From Azolla caroliniana (lineage: Eukaryota > Plantae > Polypodiophyta): DNA of 64,000 nucleotides. Under the pieces are notes generated by a model. The model did not search any database. It was not told where the DNA came from and saw only the letters and a list, made by a program, of their open reading frames with translations. The stretch covers positions 20,460,001 to 20,524,000 of the forward strand of contig JBHGNT010000001.1 in assembly GCA_043228905.1 (NCBI GenBank). Direction: 5' to 3'. The translations under genes were made by a program, and so were the position numbers. Shown one piece after another: positions 1 to 12,555 of this stretch (the first letter of the stretch is position 1; every line of letters starts with the position of its first letter).

Positions 1-1155
1 TCGGATGCTAACCGTGTAGCCTTCATCATCTAGCCGACCGGCTGATATCAGGTTCAAACGAACCTCCGGAACGTGTCTGACATCCTTCAACAACAACTTG
101 CATCCGGTTGGCGTTGTCAACCACACGTCTCCTATGCCGACAATTCGGCATGTACCTTCATTCCCCATCCGGACATAGCCGTGATCACCGGCTGAGTAGG
201 ATGAGAAGCATTTCCGGTCCAGGGTAAGGTGGAACGACGCTCCGGAGTCGACCACCCAGGTCGTCTCGTCGCCGGCAAGGTTTAGCTCACTCTCCTCAGT
301 GATGAGCATCAACTCTTCTTCACTTGCCGCGATTGCCATTGTTCCCTTCCGGTCCAGCCCCCTCCAGTCTTTACCGTTCCGGTCCGGTGTCTGCTTCGAA
401 TAGGTACCGTCGGTTTCCTTGTCTTTTCGGAAATGCCGACAGTTCTTCTGGAAGTGTCCCGGCTTGCCACAATAGAAGCAAGTAGGCCTCCCCCTTGACT
501 TTGACCGTGTCCCCAACTTCTCCCAGGTTCTGGGGGCTACGGTCCCTTTGTCTTCCGCGTTCCGATTCGGTAAGGAGCGCTTTGGAGTCGGAGCTCGTAT
601 CCTTATCTTTCCGACGCGCCTCCTCATCTAGCAAGCTCGACTTTACTCTTGCTAGGGTAACTGTTTCTCTTCCGGCCCGGCGTTGCCCAAAGTGACAACC
701 AACGTCTCCCAGCTATCCGGGAGGGAACCAAGCAGGAGTAGCGCTAGTACCTCGTCGGCGAGAAGTACTTCCAATGATGTTGCTTGGTGTATCAGCCCCT
801 AGAAGGCATTCATGTGCTCTGCCATGCTGGAGCTATCTTGGTACCGGAGTCTTACTAGCGTTCGGAATAACGAAACCTGGTTAACAACATTTTTGTTCTG
901 AAACATAATGTCGATCTTCTCCCAGAGCTCATGAGCCTTGCTCTCTTCATTGAAGTTGTTCTATAGGCTCATGTCGATGAAGCACCGCATGTGCATCACC
1001 TCCCATATCGTGGTGTCGATTTTGTCCGATCTCTTGTCCCCGAACTAAACCGGCAACCAAAGATCTTTAACCACGAGCATGTCCCTCATCTTCGACTTCC
1101 ACACTGAATAGTTGGAGCCGGTGAGCTTGAACATGCCGCCCAACGATTCGTCCAT
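1..1155 (-). pseudogene. Copia A gag (zinc knuckle) and aspartic protease, disrupted
   Basis: Starts MDESLGGMFK; encodes CFYCGKPGHFQKNC and WVVDSGASFHLT; stops and frameshifts. Confidence 0.85.
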
Positions 1156-1720
1156 CTTCTGTGTCGTTTCGCTCTGATACCACTTGACAGGAACTACACG
1201 CTCCTATGAACAACGCTCGGCCACAACCGAGCCTAAAATCAAACACAAAACGGATAATGAACGCATGACACAAAGGAGAGAAGAGTACACAGGATGTTTA
1301 ACGTGGAAAACACTGAGAGGGAAAAACCACAGGAGTTGACAGACTCCAAACTATCACTATATCACAATGATTACAATCAGTGAGCTCACGGAGGCAACGA
1401 CTTCGTGCTCACGATCTTCGCCACAGGCGGTGGTTACAATAGAGGCAACGACCTCTTCCTCTCTCTCTCTCTCTCTGTACACTGTTACGGGCTCACTAAT
1501 CTAGCGCCAACAAGATTGAAAACAACACTCTATGTCTGCCCTAAGTCATATTTATACTAATATGACTTTTCGGCTATTTACAAATATAGCCCTGATGGAC
1601 TCCTCAGAAAACATATTTACGAATATGTCCCTCCATCCGGTGAGCACTCCTCACCGGGCCTGCATCATCCGGCGCTTGCCGGGTACTCGTCATCCGGTTT
1701 TCACCGGGTCTTCCGTAGCC
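1..1720 (-). mobile_element. Ty1/Copia family A element, 5' part (runs off window start; 5' LTR truncated)
   Basis: LTR 1185-1720 matches other family A LTRs; PBS TGGTATCAGAGC (rc 1171-1182); gag/protease homologous to 6734-7900. Confidence 0.9.
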
Positions 1721-2342
1721 TCATACTTCTAATAACAATAGAACTCGATGTAGGGTTTTCATGGGCACTTACTTGGTATACTTGATGCCTAGGTTTATGT
1801 GGACAATTTATAGCTATATGTCCTAGACCGCCACAATATAGGCAGAGGCGATGCGCTCGACGTCAATGCTTCTTAGCATCTAATAACGGCCCACGAGGTT
1901 GTGTTGACTCTATTTCCATCGGAGTTGGGTCATCCCTTGTAATGGGTCTAGAAACTTGTGGAGGCGTTGCGACTACGGAAGCATAAGTCTACTCAGGTTG
2001 GCGGCGTAACATTTGTTGGCGCTCAGAACGTCGCTCAAATAGGTGATTATCACATCGCACGGCTTGACTAATAGCTTCTATAAGCGACTTCGGATCTTTA
2101 GGGAAAGTAAGAAGAAGATCTTTGACATCATTTCTCAAACCTTAACGGAATTGATCCATTAAGGCCGCCTCATCCCAAGGGATATCGCATGCCAAGAGAT
2201 GGAAATCGGTTGCATAAGCGGACGCGGGACGATCTCCTTGTCGGAGCCTTCGAATCTTGTTTATCGTTGTCCCAGTGTTGTTGGTGTCTCCGAAACTAGC
2301 TTGAAACACTTTAACAAATGCCTCAAAATCCTCCAACAATGG
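1721..2342 (-). pseudogene. Ty3/Gypsy (chromovirus/Tcn1-like) gag fragment
   Basis: ORF 2142-2339 IRRLRQGDRPASAYATDF...WDEAALMDQF, followed by AVRCDNHLFERR, PTPMEIE and a CLYCG..GH.A.NCP zinc knuckle. Confidence 0.75.
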
Positions 2343-3486
2343 CTCACTGGCTCCAACTACTCAGTGTGGAAGTCGAAGATGAGCGACATGCTCAAAGACC
2401 GGACAAGATCGATGCCACGATATGGGAGGTGATGCACATGAAGACAACGACGTACATACAGTGCTTCATCGACATGAGCCTGTACAACAACTTCAATGAA
2501 GAGAGCAAGGTTCATGAGCTCTAGGAGAAGATCAGCATTATGTTTCAAAACAAAAATGTTGTTAATTGGGTTTCGATATTCCGGAAGCTAGTAAGACTCT
2601 GATACCAAGATGGCTCTAGTATGGCGGAGCACATGAATGCCTTCCAGGGGCTGATACACCAGGCAACATCGTTGGAAGTACCTCTCACCGATGAGGTACT
2701 AGCATTACTCCTACCGAGTTCCCTCCCGGATAGTTGGGAGACGTTAGTTGTCACTTTGGGCAACGCCGGGCCGGAAGTAAAACAGCTATCCCTAGGAAGA
2801 GTCAAGTCGAGCTTACTAGATGAGGAGGTGCATCGGAAAGACAAGGATACGAGCTCCAACTCCAAAGCGCTCCTTACCGAATCGGAACACAGAAGACAAA
2901 GGAACCGGAGTCCCCAGAACCGGGAAAAGTCGGGGACACGGTCAAAGTCAAGGGGAAGGCCCACTTGCTTCTATTGTGGGAAGCCGGGGCACTTCCAGAA
3001 GAACTATCGGCATTTCCAGAAAGACAAGGAAACCGACAGCACCGATTCGAAGCGGTCACCGAACCGGAACGGCAAAGACCGGAGAGGGAAGGAATGACGA
3101 CGATCGCGGAAAGTGAAGAAGAGTTGATGCTCATCACCGAGGAGACTGAGTTGAACCTTGCCAGTGACGAGACAACGTGGGTTGTCGATTCCGGAGCGTC
3201 GTTCCACCTTACCCCGGATCAGAAATGCTTCTCATCCTACACAACCGGTGAGCATGGCTGTGTATGGATGGGGAATGAAGGGACATGTCGAATTATCGAC
3301 ATAGGAGATGTGTTGTTGACAACATCAACCAAATGCAAGTTTCTGCTGAAGGATGTCCGACACGTTCCGGAGGTTCGACTGAACCTGATATCAGGTGGTC
3401 GGCTAGATGATGAAGGCTACACGGGTAGCCTCCAGAATGGTGTCATGAAGTTCTACAAAGGGAGCCTAATAGTGGCTCAGGCCCAG
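2343..3486 (+). pseudogene. Copia A gag-protease fragment (5' LTR lost); continues at ~12985
   Basis: ORFs 2621-3097 and 2965-3489 are near-identical to family A gag/PR; ends abruptly at the family B LTR. Confidence 0.85.
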
Positions 3487-3886
3487 TGAAAAAGATTATG
3501 TGCGGAAGTAATAGAAAACCAAACAAAAAAATTATTTAGGTTTAATGGAGAGCTTGAATATACAAGTACGCGGGAGAGACAGAGAGAGAGAGCACACAGA
3601 AACTCAATTCAAAATAATACTCAACCTATACATACACCGTGCTCAGTGAGCACCTTTTATACAAGATCTGACAATAGGGCAGACACAAGTACTGACAGTA
3701 CTTGAATGCTGATAAATGAGCCTGCTACACTAACTCCCAAAATTATTCCTTACGAGGAATACCATACTAACGGCCTTCCGGTTTACACACCGATACGGCC
3801 ACGTTATGCGTACTATTGTACGCACCCAGTCTACACACTGGGTTACGCATCGTATTACGCATGAATGTTGAGCTTGTCTCTCAACA
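3487..3886 (-). repeat. Family B 3' LTR (400 bp)
   Basis: TG...CA termini; homologous to 12640-12984, 49611-50010, 54857-55240, 62989-63432. Confidence 0.9.
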
Positions 3887-4075
3887 CTCCCCCTCAAGCT
3901 CAACTTGAGGTTCCACTTGCTCCGTCAGATCTACGCTCCGGTTCCTTCTGGCTTCACGCCTTGCTCACGCTCCTCGACCCGTTCGATCCCGCACGCCTCG
4001 ACCCTTACGGTTGGCTTGTTTGCTTACATGACCCTTCTCAGCTTCCTTGTTGTTGCGGTGTTGGCGCCTCTTTTG

Positions 4076-5956
4076 CTACCTTGTCTTCCGCTTGGCCCTT
4101 GGTTGATTTAGCGTATCCGAATCAAACATCCGAACCGACTCAGCTTCCTCCGATTGGTTTTCACTCTCGTCCGAGTTGGCGGTCTCCAACTTGTCTTCGG
4201 TCTTCTCTCCCTTGATGGCTTTGTCTCCCCCATGCTTGGTTGGCTTCGGCTCTTTCTTTCGATGTCTCCCCTTATGTCCGCTTTTGAACTCTTCCGCGGA
4301 TCCACCCTCGGCTTCTTCAGCCGATCCGAAATCGAATTCGTCATCCAACTTGGCGTCACGGTCTTTTCTGCTCCTTTCCGGCTCCCTTCCATGGTCATCA
4401 TGGACGTCTCTCCCCCTCAAGTTTGGCACGTTGACGTGACACAACGCAAGTGCACCCGAGAATGGCCGCAACTTGTTTAGACCAAGAGGCTTGGTAAAGA
4501 TGTCAGTGTTCTGCCGATCCTTTGCCGCTTCTGCATAGCTCTCCGGCTCACGCACTTCCACTACACGGGTCATGTACGCATAGTGATGCACCATGTACTC
4601 ATTGTATCCGAACTGCACAACAAGGTTCTTCTGGCGGGTAGATCGGCGCAATTGCTCATTAGCCGATGTTGAGGCTATCTTAGCCGACGCGGACTTCGCT
4701 CTCGAAGACCCGTCATCACTTCCCTCGGAGTCGGACTCGCGTCAATTCAACTCGTTCTTATCCAAGCAGTAATCCGACACCTTCTTATTCCCTTTTTCCT
4801 TACGCGTAAGCCGTCTCCTCAGCTTCCTACGTGGGGAATGCACAGCCAAGTCTCCACTACTCGCCGGCTCTTCATCGGACTAGTTGAACTGACTTAGCCG
4901 TCCATCCGGTCCACTTAACCGAAACGAAATCGGACTCTCTTTGCGGGTCCCGATTTCAGGCTCATGTGGAGTCATCTCGGCCTCGTTGAACTCATTGTCA
5001 GAACACGGATTAGAGGTGAGGTCTGGAGTCGGTGGCAAGTACAAAGACGCGGACTCGTCAAACACAACGTCGCGGCTCACGTGCGCTTGTTTGGTGCGAG
5101 GGTTATAACAGTTCAGTGCCGGCCCCCATACATCAGAATGTATCAAGTCGAGCTTGTTCCGGCTCCGGTTATGCTTGTTAGGGAAAGGAAGTCGGTGTTG
5201 CTTCCCTAGCTGACAGGCTTCACAAATTCGTGCCTTCCGGCCACTAAATTTGGGCAATCCGGACACCACCTGTTTCGATTGCAGGTCTTGAAGCCGTTGA
5301 TAGTTGACGTGGCCTATCCGCTTGTGCCATAAGTCGATATCTGACTCGGCTTTTTGTCCTTTCGCGAACATTGCGGTTCCACCATCACTACAGTCAAGGA
5401 TAAACATCCTCTCGTCTCTACGCCCTTGCGCAATAACTCGGCCTTCTTCCTCAATGAAGCACCCAAGGTGCATGAATCAAACTTGCATCCCCTAGTCGAC
5501 GATCTACCCGACCGACACCATATTCTTCGTGATTGTTGGGACGTGTAACACGTTCATAAGTTTCCCTTTCTGCCCGACATGGCTCAAGGGAACTTCACCG
5601 ACATTCGCGATCGGATGCGGAGTGTCATCTCTAGTTGCGACTACTCTCTGTTGCATCGGTTTTTCCAGGTACGAGAACCACTCCTTGTGGCACGTCATGT
5701 GGTTTGACGCGCTGGAGTCGACGCACCACACCTTGTCCGACTTTGGGGTGATCTTCTTCATCGAGTTTGCTTCGTGTCTCGGCACGAAGTCTGATCATTT
5801 TCCGGCTTTTTCGGATCCTTCATTGTAGTGCGATCGCTGCTGATTTCCTTTGTTGGTCTGTCCGGAACCTGATCCAGGTCCGGTCCTCTCCAAATCGGTG
5901 TTCTTCGTCCAACACTTGCTCTCCTTGTGTCCTTTCTTGCCAGAGTACCAGCATTC
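4076..5956 (-). pseudogene. Copia B pol remnant (PR, GAG-pre-integrase, INT zinc finger, C-terminal extension); INT core and RT/RNase H deleted
   Basis: WCVDSSASNHMT, LWHKRIGH, CEACQLGK, IHSDVWGP joined to CYNPRTK; EAAKD joined to RQNTDIFTKPLG. Confidence 0.85.
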
Positions 5957-6703
5957 TGTTGGGAGACAGGTCCTTCCGGATGGGAAGCGAGAAGAACAGT
6001 GCCGACAAACAAACTCGGCCGAGGCCGAAACGGTATGAGGAGTACCCAGCTATGGAGAGCCAGATGATACAAGCCCCGGTGTGAACCGGATGAGGAGTAC
6101 CCGGCTACGGAGAGCCGGATGATACAGGCCCGGTGTGGACCGGATGAGGAGTACCCGGCTACGGAGAGCCAAATGATACAGACTCGGTGTGAACCGGATG
6201 AGTAGTACCTGGCTACGGAGAGCCGGATGGTGCAGAACCGGTGAGAACCGGAGGAAGAGACATATTCGTAAATATGTTTCTGAGAGCCCATCGAGGCTAT
6301 ATTTGTAAATAGCCGAAAAGTCATATTAGTATAAATATGACTTAGGGCAAACCTTTTAGTTGTTGTTGTCATTTTCTGTTTTGCACGAAATCAGAGTGCG
6401 TAACTGTATAGAGAGAGAGAGAGAGAGAGAGGTCGTTGCCTCTGTTGTAACCGCCGCATGTGGCGAAGATCTGTGAGCACGAGGTCGGTGCCTCAGTAAA
6501 CTCACTGTTGTATATTCCTACATAGTGACAGTTTGTAGCCTGTGGGCTGCCGTGGTTTTTCCCCTAGTTTGGGGCTTTCCACGTAAACCTCCTGTGTATT
6601 CTCTCCTTCTTTGTGTCGTGCATTTGTTTCCCGTTTTCTGCGTATGAAAAGAAGCTCGGTTGTGGGCGAGCGTTGGACATAAGGAGCGTTTGAGTTCCCG
6701 TCA
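5957..6703 (+). repeat. Family A 5' LTR with ~4 copies of a 54-bp tandem unit and a (GA)n tract
   Basis: TGTTGG...CCCGTCA; unit CCGGATGAGGAGTACCCGGCTACGGAGAG... recurs at 6085, 6139, 6193. Confidence 0.95.
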
Positions 6704-6705
6704 AG

Positions 6706-6717
6706 TGGTATCAGAGC
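6706..6717 (+). promoter_or_regulatory. Primer-binding site, initiator tRNA-Met
   Basis: TGGTATCAGAGC 2 nt after the LTR end. Confidence 0.95.
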
Positions 6718-6733
6718 GAAATCGACACAAAAA

Positions 6734-9700
6734 ATGGACGAATCATTTGGTGGCATGTTCAAGATCACCGGCTCCAACTATTCAGTATGGAAGTCGAAGA
6801 TGAGGGACATGCTCGTTGTTAAAGACCTCTGGCTGCCGGTTCAGTTCGGGGACAAGAGACTGGACAAAATCGACGCCGCGATACGGGAGGTGATGCACAT
6901 GAAGACAACGACGTACATACGGTGCTTCATCGACATGAGCCTGTACAACAACTTCAATGAAGAGAGCAAGGCTCATGAGCTCTGGGAGAAGATCGACATA
7001 ATGTTCCAAAACAAAAATGTTGTTAATCAGGTTTCGGTATTCCGGAAGCTAGTAAGACTCCGGTACCAAGATGGCTCCAGCATGGCAGAGCACATGAATG
7101 CCTTCCAGGGGCTGATCCACCAGGCAACTTCATTGGAAGTACCTCTTGCCGATTAGGTACTAGCGCTTCTCCTGCTCGGTTCCCTCCCGGATAGCTGGGA
7201 GACGTTGGTTGTCACTTTGGGCAACGCTGGGCCGGAAGGAAAACGGTTATCCCTAGCAAGAGTAAAGTCGAGCTTGCTAGATGAGGAGGCGCGTCGGAAA
7301 GACAAAGATACGAGCTCCAACTCCAAAGCGCTCCTTACCGAATCGGAACGCGGAGGACATAGAAACCATAGTCCCCAGAACCAGGAGAAGTCGGGGTAAC
7401 GGTCAAAGTCAAGGGGGAGGCCTACTTGGTTCTATTGCGGCAAGCCGGGACACTTCCAAAAGAACTGTCGGCATTTCTGTAAAGACAAAGAAACCGACGG
7501 TACCGATTCGAAGCAAACCCCGGACCGGAACGGTAAAGACCGGAAGGGGACGGACCGGAAGGGAACGACAACAATCGCAGCAAGTGAAGAAGAGTTGATG
7601 CTCATCACCGAGGCGAGTGAGATAAACCTTGCCGGCGACGAGATGACCTGGGTGGTAGACTCTGGAGCGTCGTTCCGCCTTACCCCGGACCGGAAATGCT
7701 TCTCATCCTACTCAGCCAGTGACCACGGTTGTGTCCGGATGGGGAATGAAGGTACATGCCGAATTATCGGCATAGGAGATGTGTGGCTGACAACACCAAC
7801 CGGATGCAAATTGCTGCTGAAGGATGTTCGACATGTTCCGGAGGTTCGACTGAACCTGATATCAGCCGGTCGGCTAGATGATGAAGGCTACACGGGTAGC
7901 ATCCGGAACAGTGTCGTGAAGTTCAGCAAAGGGAGCCTGATTGTGGCTCGGGCCCGGAAGGTCAACACATTGTACCTGATGAATGCCCGGTTATGCCCGG
8001 AAGAAGTGAACGTGGCATCCGACACTGCCGGTGAGCTGTGGCACAAGAGGCTGTGTCACATGAGTGAGAAGGGGATGAAGAGGCTTGCAAACGACAACCT
8101 CATTCCAGTGAAGAACGTGCACTTAGAGAAGTGCACTGATTGTCTGACCGGTAAGCAGAACCGGACCTCTTTCCGACCAAGGCCACCGATGAGACGTAAT
8201 GCACCACTGGAGTTGGTGCATACGGATGTGTGTCAAGTAGACACAAAGTCACATGCCGGAGCGCAGTACTTCGTGATGTTCATAGATGACCACAACCGGA
8301 AGCTGTGGGCCACACCGCTGAAGACGAAGGATCAGGTGTTATCCGTCTTCAAAGAGCTCCACGTGAGAGTGGAAAGAGAAATCGGCCGGAAGCTGAAGGC
8401 GGTTCGAGCAGACAACGGAGGAGAATACCGGGGGCAGTTCGAGGAGTACTGCCGCTCGAAGGGAATCCGGCTCGAATTTATCGTGCCGAAGACGCCGGAA
8501 CTAAATGGACTGGCCGAGAGGATGAACCGGACCATAATGGAGAGGGTCCGGAGTATGCTAGCGCATGCAAAACTACCCAAGAAGTTTTGGGCTGAGGCAC
8601 TGTCGACGGCAACATATGTGATAAACAGATCACCCTCAGTACCCTTGGACGGAGACACGCCATAGAGAGTATGGACCGGTAAGGAAGTGCCCTACCGGCA
8701 TCTGAGGGTGTTCGGGTGTCTCGCGTACGTGCATGTAGCTAAGGACCGGAGAGGAAAGCTAGATCCAAAGACCCGGCCATGCATATTCCTCAGTTACGGT
8801 GACGATGAGTTCGGCTACCGAGTGTGGGACCCGGTCGACAAGAATGTATTCCGGAGTCGAGATATTATCTTCATGGAGGACAAGACGCTCGCCGACTGGG
8901 AGTCGGAGAAGAAGATAATGAACTCCGAGTCGACCGGTAAGGATAGACTCTACGATGAGCAGACCCAACCGGCAAAAGACCGGTTAGCACTCGAGGAACC
9001 AGCCGGTTACGGTGAGGATACCGAACCGGTAGATGAAGAGGTAGAGGAAGCTGAGACCGGAACCGGCCAAGACTCCGAATCGGATTCGGATGAAGAGCAA
9101 ATAGAGGAACCGGTTACCGAAGCCCGAAGACGGAGATATCCTCTCAGAGAGAGAAGGGCCCCCCAGAGATTTCCGAATGCAGAGCATGTTCTGCTGACCG
9201 ATGAGGGGGAGCCGGAAAGCTTCGAAGAAGTGGAGGAAGACACCCACAGCCGAAAATGGTTAAGTGCCATGCAGGATGAGATGGATTCCTTGCATGAGAA
9301 CCATACGTACGAATTGGTGGAGTTGCCGAAAGGAAAGCGGGCACTCCGAAACAAGTGGGTGTACAAGTTGAAACCAGGAGATGCCGGCAACCCCCCGAGA
9401 TACAAAGCCAGGATTGTGGTGAAGGGGTTCTAGTAGAAGAAGGGCGTGGACTTCGACGAGATATTTTCCCCGGTAGTAAAGATGACCTCCATCCGGACGG
9501 TGCTGAGTATAGCAGCAAGCATGGACCTCGAGGTAGAGCAGCTGGACGTGAAGACGACATTCCTTCATGGCGACCTCGAAGAGGAGATCTACATGCAGCA
9601 ACCGGAAGGATTTGTTGAGGAAGGGAAGGAGCACCTGGTATGCTGGTTGAAGAAGAGCCTGTACGGACTGAAGCAGGCTCCCCGACAATGGTACCGGAAG

Positions 9701-10780
9701 TTCGACTCCTTCATGACCGATCAAGGGTACCACAAGACGTAGGCCGATCACTGTGTGTTTGTGAAGAAGTTCGAAGGAGGGGACTTCCTGATACTCCTCC
9801 TATACGTGGATGACATGTTGGTCTTCGGACGAGACCAAGGCAAAATACGGATGCTGAAGAAGGCTCTCAACCGGACCTTCTCAATGAAAGACTTGGGTCC
9901 GGCAAGATAGATGTTGGGGATGCACATCATTCGGGATCGGTCAGTGAAGCAATTATGGCTGTCACAGGAGAAGTATGTGACAAAGGTGCTTCATTGGTTC
10001 AACATGTCAGAAGCGAAACCGGTCGGATCGACACTTCCGGCAAAATGCAAGCTATCCGGCAAGCAAAGCCCAAAGACGAAAGCAGAGAAGGCAGATATGA
10101 TGAAGATCCCATATGCCTCTGCCGTCGGGAGCTTGATGTACGCAATGGTGTGTACCCGACCGGATATAGGATACGCAGTCGGAGTGGTGAGCCGGTTCAT
10201 GAGCAATCCCGACAAGGAGCACTGGGACGCAGTCAAATGGATAGTCCGGTATTTGAAGGGCACTTCAAATATGTGTCTCCGATTCGGCTCCGGAAAACCT
10301 CAACTGGACGGTTTCACCGATTTGGACATGTCGGGTGATGTGGATACCAGCCGGTCTACATCCAGGTATGTAATGACATATGCAGGGGGGGCTGTTTCGT
10401 GGCAGTCAAGGCTGCAGAAGATGGTTGCATTGTCAACCACGGAAGCGGAGTACATGGCGGTTGTGGAAGCCGGCAAGGAAATTTTATGAATGAAGGACTT
10501 CATCGGAGAGCTCGGTATACGGCAAGAGGAATACCGACTCTATTGCGACAGTCAAAGTGCCATCCACCTTGCTAAAAATGCGGCCTACGATTCCCGGACG
10601 AAGCATATCCAGCGGAGGTATCACTAGATCCGGGAAATAGTAGTTGACCAGGAGTTCACGATGACGAAGATCCACACGGCCGAGAACGGGTCAGATATGC
10701 TGACCAAAGTGCTGACACTTGACAAGCTGGATGCATGCCGGAAGAGAATCGGACTGGTAAGACACCCCATGTCGGAGTGA
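6734..10780 (+). pseudogene. Copia A gag-pol polyprotein with premature stops
   Basis: PR VDSGAS; INT VHTDVC / RADNGGEY / NGLAERMNRT; RT LDVKTTFLHG, SLYGLKQAPRQW, YVDDML; RH STTEAEY, DMLTK. Confidence 0.95.
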
Positions 10781-10790
10781 AGGGGGAGTT

Positions 10791-11767
10791 TGTTGGGAGA
10801 CAGGTCCCTCCGGATGGGAACGGTATGAGGAGTACTCAGCTATGGAGAGCCGGATGATATAGGCCCCGGTGTGAACCGGATGAGGAGTACCCGGCTACGG
10901 AGAGCCGGATGATACAGGCCCGGTGTGGACCGGATGAGGAGTACCCGGCTACGGAGAGCCGGATGGTACAGACCCGGTGTGAACCGGATGAGTAGTCCCC
11001 GTCTAGGGAGAGCCGGATGGTGCAGGCCCCGGTGTGAACCGGATGAGGAGTACCCGGCTACGGAGAGCCAGATGATACAGGCCCCGGTGTGAACCGGATG
11101 AGGAGTACCCGGCTACGGAGAGCCGGATGATACAGGCCCGGTGTGGACCGGATGAGGAGTACCCGGCTACGGAGAGCCGGATGATACAGACCCGGTGTGA
11201 ACCGGATGAGTAGTACCTGGCTACGGAGAGCCGGATGGTGCAGGCCCAGTGTGAACCGGATGAGGAGTACCCGGCTACGGAGAGCCGGATGGTGCAGAAC
11301 CGGTGAGAACCGGAGGAAGAGACATATTCGTAAATATGTTTCTGAGAGCCCATCAAGGCTATATTTGTAAATAGCCGAAAAGTCATATTAGTATAAATAT
11401 GACTTAGGGCAAACCTTTTAGTTGTTGTTGTCATTTTCTGTTTTGCACGAAATCAAAGTGTGTAACTGTACAGAGAGAGAGAGAGAGAGAAAGAGGTCGT
11501 TGCCTCTGTTGTAACCGCCACCTGTGGCGAAGATCTGTGAGCACGAGGTCGGTGCCTCAGTGAACTCACTGTTGTATATTCCTACATAGTGACAGTTTGC
11601 AGCCTGTGGGCTGCCGTGGTTTTTCCCCTAGTTTGGGGCTTTCCACGTAAACCTCCTGTGTATTCTCTCCTTCTTTGTGTCGTGCATTTGTTTCCCGTTT
11701 TCAGCGTATGAAAAGAAGCTCGGTTGTGACCAAGCGTTGGACATAAGGAGCGTTTGAGTTCCCGTCA
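10791..11767 (+). repeat. Family A 3' LTR with ~9 copies of the 54-bp unit
   Basis: Same termini as the 5' LTR; 230 bp longer because of repeat expansion. Confidence 0.95.
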
Positions 11768-12555
11768 CATTCCACGATAGATTTCCCTTGCCGGTTCTCG
11801 TCGCCTCGACTCCCCCTGTTTCCGGAGGGTCCGAAATTGCTGTCAGCATCACTTCGGTGCCTTCTTCCTTGATCTCGTCGGCCGCCTCCATTGCGCACCG
11901 ACTCGCCTCGTCCGCCACGACCACGGGGCCTATCTCCATCCGTGTACAACATCTTGCTGTCGGCATGCATGCTTGTCGACGCACCCGTGTGGTTCTCCTC
12001 TATAAGGAGCATCGACTATAAGTCGAAAAACAACGACGTATTCTCCCGTGTACACACAGCAGTTCGGAACGCTCCGAACTTCGATGCTAGTCCCCCGAGA
12101 CAAATTTGCACCATTTCTCCTTCCTTGACATTCACATCGATAGAGGCTAAGGAATCATATATCTCTTTGATCTTCGAGGTGTAATCAGCCACCGACAAGT
12201 CGCGTTGTCGTAAATTGCTCAGCTCCTGTCGGAGTTGAAGCTTCTTGGTGGTGGTGCTTGCGGCGAAGATCTTCTTCAGATTTTCCCAAGCACCCTTGGG
12301 CGTTTTCGCATCCCAAATAGAGCTCAGGACTTGTTCGCCCACACAAGACGCGAAGCAGTACAGTACTCTGCTCGCCGACTGTTCCCACGCTGGGAAATCT
12401 CTATGTGTCAATTCGGGTGTTGTGTCATTTGCTCCATCGACATAGCTCCAGTAACCGTGCCCGAGAAGGTACTGGTGCATCTTGTAGGACTAAGACGCGT
12501 AGTTGTTTCTGTCGAGCTTCTCGGTAGGAAGCAAGCTAGCCATGCCTCTATCCAT
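11768..12555 (-). pseudogene. Copia B gag (UBN2-like)
   Basis: MDRGMAS...MHQYLLGHGYWSYVDG...KLQLRQELSNL; matches 53700-54772 and 63515-64000. Confidence 0.88.

Larger units (their letters stand above)
5957..11767 (+). mobile_element. Full-length Ty1/Copia family A (Tnt1/Tork-like) LTR retrotransposon
   Basis: TSD CATTC at 5952-5956 and 11768-11772; LTRs 5957-6703 and 10791-11767; PBS 6706-6717; PPT 10779-10788; gag-PR-INT-RT-RH order. Confidence 0.97.

Noticed and set aside
5758-6372. 204-aa and 143-aa (11003-11434) antisense ORFs with peptide repeats
   Set aside because: They are translations of the 54-bp LTR tandem repeat and cross element boundaries
9431-9910. U-to-C RNA editing or programmed read-through as the explanation for TAG stops
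   Set aside because: Plant U-to-C editing is known from organelles; these copies also have frameshifts and TGA stops, so methyl-C deamination is simpler
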